From contig NC_043016.1 in the NCBI RefSeq assembly GCF_006345805.1, positions 30,442,001 through 30,506,000 on the forward strand: a DNA stretch of 64,000 bases. Reading direction: 5' to 3'. Shown piece by piece: positions 48,259 to 60,190 of the stretch (the first letter of the stretch is position 1; every line of letters starts with the position of its first letter). The notes below the pieces were generated by a model. That model was given only the letters and a program-made list of their open reading frames with translations, searched no databases and was not told the DNA's origin. The DNA comes from Octopus sinensis (Eukaryota). Made by a program: the position numbers and the translations under genes.

Positions 48259-48490
48259 TATTTCTTTACTGCCCACAAGGGGCTAAACATAGAGGGGACA
48301 AACAAGGGCAGACAAACGGATTAGGTCGTCGACTACATCGATCCCAGTGCGAAACTGGTACTTTATTTATCGACCCCGAAAGGATGAAAGGCAAAGTCAC
48401 CTCGGCGGAATTTGAACTCAGGACGTAATGGCAGACGAAATACGGCTACGCATTTCGCCCGGCGTGCTAACGTTTCTGCCAGCTCGCCAC
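48259..48490 (-). mobile_element. SINE family B, full-length with 16-bp TSD
   Basis: ATATGTTTTCAATATA at 48243-48258 and 48491-48506. Confidence 0.92.
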
Positions 48491-48506
48491 ATATGTTTTC
48501 AATATA

Positions 48507-48706
48507 GGCATAGAAGTGGCTGTGTGTAAGTAGCTCGCTTCCCAACCACATGGTTTCTAGGTTCAGTCCCCTGTGTGGCACCTTGGCAAGTGTCTTCTAC
48601 TATAGCCTCAGGCTGACCAAAGCCCTGTGAGTGGAATTGGTAGATGGAGACTGAAAGAAGCCTGTTGTAGTAGATATATATATATATATTATATATATAT
48701 AATATA

Positions 48707-48739
<33 letters not shown>

Positions 48740-48774
48740 AGATAATATATATATTATTATATATATATATACTG

Positions 48775-48834
<60 letters not shown>

Positions 48835-48837
48835 TAT

Positions 48838-48868
<31 letters not shown>

Positions 48869-49555
48869 ATGTATATATATATGTATATGTATATATGTAT
48901 ATGTATGTATGCGTGTGTATATGTTTGTGTTTGTCCCCCAACATTGCTTGACAACGGATGGTGGTGTGTTTACGTCCCCGTAACATAGTGGTTCAGCAAA
49001 AGAGACCGATAGAATAATAAGTACTAGGCTTACAAAGAATAAGTCCTGGGGTTGATTTGCTCAACTAAAGGTGGTGCTCCAGCATGGTCGCAGTCAAATG
49101 ACTGAAACAAGTAAAAGAGTAATATATCAGAATCTATTATCTTTTAGCTTTTACTTGTTTCTGTCATTAGACTGGGGCCATGCTGGAGCACCACCTTCAA
49201 GAATTTTAGTCGAATGAATCAACCACCAGAATTTATTTGTTGTGGAGCCTGATACTTATTCTGTCAGTCACTTTTGCCAAACCACTAAGTTATGGGGATG
49301 TAAACATACCAACACCAGTTGTCAAGCAGTACTGGAGGACAAACAAAGACATAAAGACACACACACACATTCACGCATATATATATATATATATATATGT
49401 GACTGGCTTCTTTCAGTTTCCGTCTACCAAATCCACTCACACAGCTTTGGTCAGCCTGAGGCTAAAGTAGAAGACATCTGCCCAAGGTGCCATGCAGTGG
49501 GACTGAACCTAGAACCATGTGATTAGGAAGCAAGCTTCTTACCACACAGTCACAT
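48507..49555. mobile_element. Tail-to-tail inverted pair of SINE A copies (48507-49120 +, 49145-49555 -)
   Basis: Both 3' ends (..GAAACAAGTAAAAGAG and its complement) face each other across about 25 nt; the first copy holds about 250 nt of AT microsatellite. Confidence 0.87.
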
Positions 49556-51044
49556 GTTCACTTTTTCAAAAAATATTTTAAATTGTTTTTGTTATTAATT
49601 TTTTTCAATGTGTTACAATTTGTTGTCATTTACTTGTCATTTAAAATGAAATATAAATTTGGTTAATGTTGTTTATTAAACCATCTCCATGCTTACATAA
49701 AAAAAGACTTCACCAATTTTGTACCTATCATTGTTGCTGCTGGTGCTATTCTGCAACTTTATCTTTCATTTTCTTTTCTTTTTTTTTTTCTTTTTCTTTG
49801 CTAATCTTTAGCTTTCATGTTCTCTACGGTTACCGATTTTCAGCTATCTCTGTCAAGCATCATCATCATCATCATCATCTTTAATGTTCATTTTCCATGC
49901 TAGGATGGAATTAGACAGTTTGAGTGGAATTGGTATGCTGGAGAGCTGCAATAGGTTCCATTCTGATTTGGCATGGTTTCTATGGCTGGATGCTCTTCCT
50001 AAGGCCAACCACTCCAAGAGTTTAATAGGTGCTTTCTATGTGCCACTGGCATGGGTGCCATTTACATGACACTGGCATGGATGCCGGTTACATGCCACCG
50101 GCATTGACCAGGGTTGCAATTTCACTTGGCTTGATGTATCTTCTCAAGCACAGCATATTGCCAAACGTCTCAGTTACTTGTTAAGCATATTGCCAAAGAT
50201 CTCGGACACATTAGTTGTTATTTCAGTGGTTGCTTAGTCTCACTAGTTCATCACCATAAATAGGTTGATATAAAACAAACAAATCAGAACAAAATGATCA
50301 CTAACTACAAAATATCTTAATTGCAATCCAAAATACCTTTTTCCCTTACAAAATGATCTGAATCATTACATTTACAAATACCAGTTTTGGTTAAAAGATA
50401 TGGAAGTTGAACTTAAGCTCCCTATCATCACAAGATTGTTTGAAGCTAAGAGAGATTCATAAAATATATAATTCCTTTTCAAATTATTTCGTTTATGTAT
50501 GTGGTTTGCAAGATTCTTTATGTGAATTTGTATGTTGAAGCAATTTTGTTGTGTCTGGGGAGAGTCATATTCTCTTAATGCTTTATTATTTAACACACTC
50601 ACCGGTTTGATTTCCACTTGTTTATTATTTATATATTTTTTCTTCCAAAATTAATTTTGGAAGAAGATATATATATATAAATAATAACTGAGTGGAAATT
50701 GAACAATATGACTGTCCCTAGACACGATAAAATTTCAAATTATTACTTTTTCAGAAGCATTTGAAGTGCTTTTTGGTTTCCTTGAAAGTGAAATAATTTT
50801 TTTTAAGATAATTAATTTTTGGAACAAAATCTTTAGTGTGTAATCCTTGATTTACTACTAATCATTTGAACCCTTTTCTATTAAATTTTGATTAACTTTG
50901 GCAGCAGATCTACCTATTTGTCCCAGACTTAGGAGTAACAGAGGTAAGCGTAAACAGTCTGGCTTAATGAAATTGAAGTCAAAATTACTGCTATCAGTTC
51001 CCATTTTCTTTTATTTTTGAGATTATTTTCTCTTTGCTTCTATA

Positions 51045-51221
51045 GGCGCAGGAGTGGGTATGTGGTAAGTAGCTTGCTTACCAACCACGGCTCCAGGTTC
51101 AGTCCCACTGCATGGCACCTTGGGCAAGTGTCTTCTACTATAGCCTCGGGTTGACCAAAGCTTTATGAATGGATTTGGTAGATGGAAACTGAAAGAAGCC
51201 CGTCGCGTATATGTATGTATG

Positions 51222-51264
<43 letters not shown>

Positions 51265-51490
51265 ATGTGTTTGTGTGTCTGTGTTTGTCCCCCCCAACAT
51301 CGCTTGACAACCGATGCTGGTGTGTTTATGTCCCCATAACTTAGCGGTTTAGCAAAAGAGACCGATAGAATAAGTACTAGGCTTACAAATAATAAATCCT
51401 GGGGTCTATTTGCTCAACTAAAAGGTGGTGCTCCAGCATGGTCGATGATAACAATGATGATAATTTCAAATGACTAAAACAAGTAAAAAA
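51045..51490 (+). mobile_element. SINE family A copy
   Basis: Head ATAGGCGCAGGAGTGGGTATGTGGTAAG, standard body. Confidence 0.88.
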
Positions 51491-51499
51491 AAAAAATTC

Positions 51500-52262
51500 A
51501 GATTATATTCTTGCATAGAATAACCAATAGGCTACAGAATATTCAGCTGTCTCAAGCTCGGAAGAGAAATAGTTTCAAAGAGCTGGATAGATTCTGCTGT
51601 ATTGTATTGTATGACAAATTTTCCAACAAGGGTGGTTTCAATTATTGGGAAAAGGCAGAAGACAAAATGAAAACCAATGAATAGAACCAAGGCCTTAGAA
51701 ATTCTGTATTGGAGTTCAATGATTTATATTGAGAATCATTTCATGTTAACAGGGAATTTGTAAAGCAAGCTATACTAGACTGGAATGTTGTGCTGTGATG
51801 TAGCCTTGACAGTATTTCTAACCAAGAGAGGCCTGACATTTAGGAGTAATGAAGAACTAAGCACAATGAGAATTTTTTAGAAATTATGGAACTTCTTGCA
51901 CAATTTGATCCATTTCTGATGGGTCACTTGAAATCATTTGGCAATCTCAGAAATGGTAAGCAATCATACTAATAGTCCACCATCTATGAAAAAATTGTTC
52001 TGTTTATAGAAAAATATGTTAATCATATTGTAGTAGAACTCAAAACTTCCAAGTATTTTTCTGTTTGTATAGATTCAACACCAGATGAGGCTCACGTCGA
52101 CCAGCTAACAGTTATTGTGTGTTATGTTGTTTCCGGGACGCTGATAGAAAAGTTGTTGTTTTTTTTACTGCTGACTGGTTCTCACAAAACTGAAGTACTA
52201 ATTACATCTCTTTGAATTACTTTTAAAAAATGAAGGGGGCAAATATAAATTTTGAAACCTGC
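51500..52262 (+). mobile_element. Degenerate hAT-superfamily transposase fragment (ZMYM1/DUF4371-like region)
   Basis: Broken frames give KGGFNYWEKA..FLTKRGLTFRSNEEL..NFLEIMELLAQFDPFLMGHLK..KYFSVCIDSTPDEAHVDQLTVIVCYV, including the first catalytic Asp motif; many stops. Confidence 0.8.
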
Positions 52263-52298
52263 CAATAATCTGTGATGAATCCATATCAAGGGCTTGCT

Positions 52299-52418
52299 GT
52301 CAAACAGCCATATCATGTTGAAAGCACCAGTTCTTGTCCGATCACCGAAGTTAAGCAATGTCGAGCCCAGTTAGTACTTAAATGGGTGACCGGTTGGGAA
52401 ACCTAGGTGCTGTAAGCG
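52299..52418 (+). rRNA. Full-length 5S rRNA-derived copy, probably a pseudogene
   Basis: 120 nt colinear with eukaryotic 5S rRNA (GCCATATCATGTTGAAAGCACC..GTCCGATCACCGAAGTTAAGCAA..TTAGTACTT..ATGGGTGACCG..TGGGAA..GGTGCTGTAAGC); several CG-to-TG/CA changes and GG-to-AA in the box C region; solitary, no rDNA array. Confidence 0.85.
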
Positions 52419-52431
52419 TCACACATTTTGA

Positions 52432-52579
52432 GGTGCAGGAGTGGCTGTGTGGTAAGTAGTTCATTCCCATTGCACGGCACCTTGGGCAAGTGTCTTCTAC
52501 TATAGCCTCAGGCCGACCAAAGCCTTGTGAGAGGATTTGGTAGACGGAAACTGAAAGAAGCCTGTCATATATATGTGTG

Positions 52580-52611
<32 letters not shown>

Positions 52612-52832
52612 CGTATGTGTGTGTATATATTTGTATGTCTGTGTTTGTCCTCCCAACATCACTTGACAACCGATGCTGGTGTGTTTACATCCCCGTAACT
52701 TAGCGGCTTGGCAAAAGAGACTGATAGAATAAGTACTAGGCTTACAAAGAAGTCCTGGGGTCAATTTGCTCGACTAAAGACGGTGCTCCGGCATGGCCAC
52801 AGTCAAATGACTGAAACAAGTAAAAGAGTAAA
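52432..52832 (+). mobile_element. SINE family A copy immediately downstream of the 5S copy
   Basis: Head GGTGCAGGAGTGGCTGTGTGG about 13 nt after the 5S end; short deletion in the head. Confidence 0.87.
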
Positions 52833-52846
52833 TGATAACAATAATG

Positions 52847-53813
52847 ATCCTTTCAACTAAAGGCACAAGACCTGAAACTTGAGAGGAGGGAGCCTAGTCG
52901 ATTACATTGACCTCAGTGTGTCACTGGTACTTAATTTATCGACCCTGAAAGCACGAAAGATAAAGTCAACCTCAGCAGAATTTGAACTCAGAACATAAAG
53001 ATGAATGAAATGTCACTAAGCATTTTGCCCTGAATGCTAATGATTGTCAGTTTGCCACCTTTATAATAATGGTAATAATAATAAATAAAATAAATGCACC
53101 CTTTTAAAGCCTAGCCAGGCTCATGGGCCCGGTTTCCCCGCGAGTCCATCGCAGCGTTACTCATTTTTGCCAGCTGAGTGGACTGGAGCAACATGAAATG
53201 AAGTGTTTTGCTCAAGAACACAACATGTCGCCCGGTCCAGGAATCAAAACCACAATCTTACGATCGTGATGCTGACACCCTAACCACTAAGCCACGCACC
53301 TCCACAATGATGGTAATAATGATGATAGTTTCAAATTTTGGAACAAGGTCAGCAACCTCAGGGGAGAAGTAAGTCGATTATATTGACGCCACTGCTTGGC
53401 TTGTACTTATTTTGTTAACTTCAAAGGATGAAAGGCAAAGTCAACTTGAGCGGAATTTAAACTCAAAATGTAAAAATGGATGAAATGTGTGAAGGATTCT
53501 TATTTCTTTATTGCCCACAAGGGGTTAAACATAGAGGAGACAAACAAGGACAGACAAAGGGATTAAGTCGATTACATCGATCCCAGTATGCTACTGGCAC
53601 TTAATTTATTGACCCCAAAACGATGAAAGGCAAAGTTGACCTCGGCTGAATTTGAACTCAGAACGTAGCGGCAGATGAAATACTGCTAAGCATTTCACTC
53701 AGCGTGCTAACGTTCCTGCCAGCTCGCCGTGAAGGATTCTGCAAACTCATCACGTTCTGCGAAGACATTACCTGTGAACTCATCACCTTAGTAGTAACAG
53801 TAGTAGTAGTGGT

Positions 53814-53854
<41 letters not shown>

Positions 53855-54310
53855 CAGCTGCAGCAATAGCAGCTGCAGCAGCAGCACTAATAATAATAGT
53901 AATCTTTTCTACTCTAGGCACAAGGACCAAAATTTGGGGGGAGGGGGCCAGTTGATTAGATCGTCCACAGTATGTAACTGATATTTAATTTATCGACCCT
54001 GAAACGATGAGAGGCAAAGTCGACCTTAGTGCAATTTAAATTCAGAATGTAACGGCAGCTCACCGCCTTCAATGATAATAATAATAATAATAATAATCTT
54101 TTCTACTCTAGACACAAGGCCTGAAATTTTTTGGGAGGAGGCCAGTCGATTACATCGACCCAGTATGCAACTGGTACTTAATTTATCGATCCGAAAGGAT
54201 GAAAGGCAAAGTCATCCTCAGTGGAATTTGAACTCAGAACATAACAGCAGACAAAATACCACTAAGCATTTCACCCAGCATGCTAACAATTCTGCCAGCT
54301 CACCGCCTTC

Positions 54311-54355
<45 letters not shown>

Positions 54356-55130
54356 AATAATAGTTTCAAATTTTGATGTAGGGCCAACAGTTTTAGTTGG
54401 AGGAAGTTTGTTGATTACACTTTATTTTATTGACCTTGAAAGAATGAAAGGCAAAAACTGACCTCAGAAGAATTTGAATTCAGAATGCAAGGTCAGAAGA
54501 AATACCTTCTGTAAGTGTTTTCTCTGACATGCTAATGATTCTGCCAGCTCACCATCTTAATAATGATAATAATGACGACAGTTATTCTTTCTGTAGTCAC
54601 AAGCCTGAAATTTTGGGGTTTGGGATTTGTCAATTGCACTGAACAAAGTGCTCTAAAAGATGGAAGGTAAATTTAGCTTTGGTAGAATTTTAACAACAAC
54701 AACAACAACAATAATAATAATAATAATCCTTTCTACTATAGGCACAAAGCCTAAAATTTGTGGGGAGGGGATAAGTTGATCACATCGACCCCAGTGTTTC
54801 ACTGGTACTTAATTTAGCAATCCTAAAAGGATAAAGGACAAAAATCGACCTCAGCAGAATTTGAACTCGGAACATAGAGACAGGCAAAATGCCACTAAGC
54901 ATTTTACCTGGCATGCTAACAATTCTGCCAGCTGGCCACTTGATAGTAATGATGTTGATGATGGTGATGGTGGTGGTGGTGGTGGTGGTGGTGGTGGTGG
55001 TGGTGATAATTATGATGATGATGATGATGATGACAACAACGACGACGATGATTTCAAATTTTGGCACAAGACTGGCAATTTTGGGGCAGGTGCTAAGTCG
55101 ATTACATTGACCCTAGTACTCAACAGGTAC
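52847..55130 (-). mobile_element. Cluster of at least nine same-orientation SINE B copies or fragments separated by trinucleotide repeats, with one SINE C (about 53090-53305)
   Basis: GAAAGGCAAAGTC(G/A)ACCT..GAATTTGAACTCAGAA-type core recurs about every 200-300 nt, all on the minus strand. Confidence 0.85.
53501..53728 (-). mobile_element. SINE family B with 12-bp TSD, nested in an older B copy
   Basis: GTGAAGGATTCT at 53489-53500 and 53729-53740. Confidence 0.9.
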
Positions 55131-55555
55131 TTGTTCTCTTGGTCTCTTTTGTCAAGCTGCTAAGTTCCAGGAACAGAAACAAACCAATACCAGCTGTCAA
55201 GCAGTGGTGGGAGATAAACAAACAGGCACAAAAACACATGCACACATACATACACATGTACATACATACCTACATATATACATACATACATACATACATA
55301 CATACACACACACATATTCATACATACATACATATAGATAAATAAATAGATAGATAGATAGATAGATAGATAGATGGATAGATAGATATGACAGGCTTCT
55401 TTCAGTTTCCATCTAGCAAATCCACTCAGAAGGCTTTGGTTGGCCCAAGACTCTAGTAGAAAACTCTTGCATAAAGTGCCACGCAGTGGGACCGAACCCT
55501 AGACTATGTGGCTAAGAAGCAAACTTCATACCACACAGCCAAGCCTGCACCTATC

Positions 55556-55745
55556 ATGGTGATGATGATGATGCTGGTGGTGGTGGTGGTGGTGGTGGTG
55601 GTGGTGGTGGTGGTGGTGGTGATGGTGATGATGATGGTGGTGGTGGTGATGATGATGATGGTGGTGGTGGTGGTGATGGTGATGATGATGATGGTGGTGG
55701 TGGTGGTGATGATGATGATGGTGGTGGTGGTGGTGGTGGTGATGG

Positions 55746-55777
<32 letters not shown>

Positions 55778-55883
55778 ATGGTGATGATGATGATGATGAT
55801 GGTGGTGATGATGGTGGTGGTGATGATGATGATGGTGGTGGTGGTGGTGATGGTGATGATGATGCTGGTGGTGATGGTGATGG

Positions 55884-55914
<31 letters not shown>

Positions 55915-55919
55915 GGTGG

Positions 55920-55950
<31 letters not shown>

Positions 55951-55955
55951 GATGG

Positions 55956-55986
<31 letters not shown>

Positions 55987-55994
55987 GGTGATGG

Positions 55995-56025
<31 letters not shown>

Positions 56026-56198
56026 GATGATGATGATGATGGTGGTGGTGGTGATAGTGATGATGGTGGTGGTGATGATGATGATGGTGGTGGTGGTGGT
56101 AATGGTGATGATGATGATGATGATGGTGGTGGTGATGGTGATGATGGTGGTGGTGGTGGTGGTGGTGATGATGATGATGGTGGTGGTGGTGGTGGTGG

Positions 56199-56229
<31 letters not shown>

Positions 56230-56237
56230 GGTGATGG

Positions 56238-56268
<31 letters not shown>

Positions 56269-56276
56269 GGTGATGG

Positions 56277-56307
<31 letters not shown>

Positions 56308-56547
56308 GTGATGATGATGATGGTGGTGGTGGTGATAGTGATGATGGTGGTGGTGATGATGATGATGGTGGTGGTGGTGGTAATGGTGATGATGATGATG
56401 ATGATGGTGGTGGTGATGGTGATGATGGTGGTGGTGGTGGTGTGGTGGTGATGATGATGATGTGTGGTGGTGGTGATGATGATGGTGGTGGTGGTGATAG
56501 TGATGAGGGTGGTGGTGATGATGATGATGGTGTTGTGGTGGTGATGG

Positions 56548-56578
<31 letters not shown>

Positions 56579-56698
56579 GATGGTGATGATGATGATTGAT
56601 GGTGGTGTGTGGTGGTGGTGGTGATGATGATGATGATGGTGGGTGGTTGGTGATGATGGTGATGATGATGATGATGAAGGTGGTGGTGGTGGTGATGG

Positions 56699-56759
<61 letters not shown>

Positions 56760-56960
56760 GGGTGGTGGTGATGTGATGATGATGATGATGATGGTGGTGG
56801 GTGGTGGTGATGGTGATGATGATGATGATGTTGGTGGTGGTGTGTGCTGGTGGTGATGATGATGGTGGTGGTGGTGGTGGTGATGGTGATGATGAGATGA
56901 TGATGTGGTGTGGTGGTGGTGATGTGATGATGATTGATGATTAATGATGATGATGATGAT
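55556..56960. repeat. 1.4-kb compound (GAT)n/(GGT)n trinucleotide array
   Basis: Alternating GAT and GGT runs, largely in one register for the first 750 nt, more broken distally. Confidence 0.97.
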
Positions 56961-57265
56961 CTCTAACACAATGCTACAAATGTTGCTGGGAAAGATTCTT
57001 GACTCGTACGTTATTTTATTGACCCAAGAAGAATGTAGAGTAAAGCCGACCTTTAATGGAATTTGAACTCAGAATGTAAAGCATCGCAACGCAACTCAAT
57101 GGTTGCCCATTGAAATTGGACATCTGACTGTATTGTGCTGGATAAGCTATTAAAATAGGTAAACGCAACACACTGGGAAAAGACATTTCATTGAACTATG
57201 GACTTAGATATTATGGTAGTATTGATATAGCATGAGAAATCATTTAGGGATGAAGCTGATACTGA

Positions 57266-57278
57266 TAACAACAACAAC

Positions 57279-57318
<40 letters not shown>

Positions 57319-57372
57319 GTAATAATAATAATAATAATAATAGTAATAGTAATATAATAATAATAATAGTAA

Positions 57373-57437
<65 letters not shown>
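57266..57437. repeat. (AAC)/(AAT)/(ACT) compound microsatellite; (AAT)n resumes at 57773-57870
   Basis: Direct reading. Confidence 0.95.
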
Positions 57438-57772
57438 GGGGAGCATCATAGCCATGTGTTGAGAGGGATTCTTTGGGGGGGGTTTGAATAATTCACCTGG
57501 AAACATGGGTGGTTCTTTCAACATCCTTAAACAACCCTTATTCAGGACCGTTTGAGCGGGATGGGCTACTCAACCTGAAAAAATTCTAACTGGGCCCCAC
57601 CTGCAAGGTCATGTGCTGTTTATCTTGATATGAGATCACCATGTCGCGCACATATGGTTGTGATGCATGTGCCTGGTGTACCTTTATCAGACGGGTAGTC
57701 ATGATGGGTATATTGGGGCTTCGTATATTTTACCCCAGTGTCACTTTGATGGCATGAACTGCTCTCTCACTC

Positions 57773-57775
<3 letters not shown>
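57438..57775 (+). mobile_element. Family E: non-coding LINE 3'-end-like element embedded in (AAT)n; second copy 59608-59915
   Basis: Two copies highly similar over about 300 nt (GAGAGGGATTCTTTGGGG..GTGTCACTTTGATGGCATG..GCTCTCTCAC); the first is flanked by (AAT)n on both sides. Confidence 0.8.
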
Positions 57776-57806
<31 letters not shown>

Positions 57807-57824
57807 GTAATAATAATACTAATG

Positions 57825-57872
<48 letters not shown>

Positions 57873-58187
57873 GTGGTGGTGGTGGTGCTGCTGCTGCTGG
57901 TTGCAGTGGTAGTGATTGCAGGAAGTGGTGACTATAGTAATGATAATGGTGGAGAGGGATGGTATTACTGATGGTGGTAGTGATGTTGGTGCTGCTGCTC
58001 ATGGTGGTGGTGACAGTGGTGATCGGGTGGGGTGGTAGTGGTGGTGGCGGTGGTGGCAGTGGTGTGGTGGGAACAGGGGTGGGGTGGCAGTCATGATGGG
58101 TGGTGGTGGTGGTGGTGGTGGTGATCTTGAAAAGTTTTGAAATTTAATTCTAATGATCATACACACACACTCACACACACACACACG

Positions 58188-58235
<48 letters not shown>

Positions 58236-58361
58236 TGGAAAAGGAAAAAAACAAACATGGTTGTGTTGTTAAGAAGCTTGCTTCCCAAATAAGTTGCTCT
58301 TGTATTTAGTCTTACTGCTTTGTGAGTGAATTTGATTGACGGAAACTGAAAGAAGTCCATC

Positions 58362-58431
<70 letters not shown>

Positions 58432-58514
58432 AATAATTAAGATTCAGTTGAATTAGGTACTTAAGTTGAATCACCAAGTCAGTCCAGTATTGTCCTCACA
58501 GCTTGATTTAGATG

Positions 58515-58780
58515 AATAAAAAGCAAGTAACAGGGATGTCCGGGTATTAGTGCATTAGGGCCGTTTCAAGTAGTTCCATTTAATTGATCAATGCAAAAAT
58601 TACATTAGTTTGTTAAAAACTTATAATAGAGTATCCTGTAGGTTGGAAATCTATATGAGAATGGAAGAGAGTGGTTTATTTCAAATTGATATAATGTTTG
58701 CCTTGATCGATTAAATGGAGCCACTTGAAACAGCCGTAATGCACTGATATCTGGACATTCTTGTTGCTTATTTGCTTTAT
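58515..58780. mobile_element. MITE with about 80-bp imperfect terminal inverted repeats, abutting the mariner TA
   Basis: GGATGTCCGGGTATTAGTGCATTAGGGCCGTTTCAAGTAGTTCCATTTAATTGATCAA versus TTGATCGATTAAATGGAGCCACTTGAAACAGCCGTAATGCACTGATATCTGGACATTC. Confidence 0.72.
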
Positions 58781-58781
58781 A

Positions 58782-59607
58782 TATTAGGCTGTCAAGAAAG
58801 TTCTTGTGGAATGTTTAATTTTGGTTATAAATGATGCATTTTCAAATTAATTTTCGTTAAATTATTTTGACTTTATATATAATTTTAAAACCTGTTTTTC
58901 ACTCTATCTAATCGTGTTACTCTTTTCCTTTTTGAATAATTAGGCCATTTTTTTCTGGAATGTTGAATATAGCATGGACACAAAGCAAATTCGCACAATT
59001 TTCTTATTCCAGTTCAAGCTAGGCTGAAAAGCTGCTGAAACAGATCACAATATCAATGATGCGTTTTAGTCCAGGAACCACTAATGAACATACAGCACAA
59101 TGGTGGTTCAAGAAAATTCGTAGTGGTGATGAGAGTCTTGAAGATGATAAGCATTGTGGTCAGCTATCGGATGTTGAAAATGATCAACTAAGAGCCTTAC
59201 TCAAAGCCAATCCATGCACAACGGTTCGAAAGCTTGCTTCTGAATTAGACGTAATGTATACAGCAATTTCCAACCACATGAAAGAGATTGGAAAAACAAA
59301 AATACTCGAGAAATGGGTGCTGCATGAATTGAATGACAACCAAAAAAAAACACCGTTTTGAAGTGTCTTCTTCCCTTCTTCTATGCAACAAGAACGACCC
59401 ATTTCTCGACTGGATAGTGACTTGCGATGTAAAGTGGATTCTTTGCAACAACCAGCAATGCTCAGCTCAGTGGTTGGATGCTGACAAAGCTCCACAGCAC
59501 TTCCTGAAGCCAAAGTTGCATCAGAAGAAGGTCGTGGTGACTGTTTGGTGGTTTGCGGCCAGTCTCATCCATCACGGCTTTTTGGATCCAGGTAAAACCA
59601 TTACGGC
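58782..59607 (+). mobile_element. Mariner (Hsmar1/cecropia-like) transposon, 5' TIR plus degenerate transposase, 3'-truncated
   Basis: TA + TTAGGCTGTCAAGAAAGTTC TIR at 58782; ATG at 58974 gives MDTKQIRTIFLFQFKLG..AQWWFKK..LEKWVLHELNDNQKK/RFEVSSSLLL..IVTCDVKWIL..PKLHQKKVVVTVWW, with stops and frameshifts; ends at a family-E insertion. Confidence 0.92.
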
Positions 59608-60150
59608 GAGAGGGATTCTTTGGGGTTTGAATAATTCACCTCTGGAAACATGGGTGTTTCGTTCAACATCTTTAAACAACCTGTATTCAGGGACCTTTTG
59701 AGCAGGATGGGTTACTCGACTAGAAGAAAATTCTAACTGGTCCCCACCTGCAAGGTCATGTGCTGTTTATCTTGAAATGAAATCACCATGTCGCGCACAT
59801 ATGGTTGTGATGTATGTGCCTGGTGTACCCTTATCAGACGGGTAGTCATGATGGGTATACTGGGCTTTGTATATTTTACTCCAGTGTCACTTTGATGGCA
59901 TGCACTGCTCTCTCACACACATACACACACTATCGCATATCTATGTGTGTATTAATGCATATTTGAAGATAATCAAACCAAATTTTCATCATTTCGACCC
60001 ACGCACTCACTGAGTATTTCTCCCAAATTTGGTGAAAACTTATTCAGCCATTTTCCAGTAATTTTGCAATCACACAGACAAACAGACAAAGACAAGTGAT
60101 TACAATATCCTGCCTTTCACTTATGTGTACAAGGTAATAATAGTTATAAA

Positions 60151-60188
<38 letters not shown>

Positions 60189-60190
<2 letters not shown>

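Noticed and set aside
55508-56969. 267-aa and 471-aa ORFs (poly-M/V and poly-P/S/H/T)
   Set aside because: They are translations of the GAT/GGT array, which lacks stops by composition; no splice or homology support
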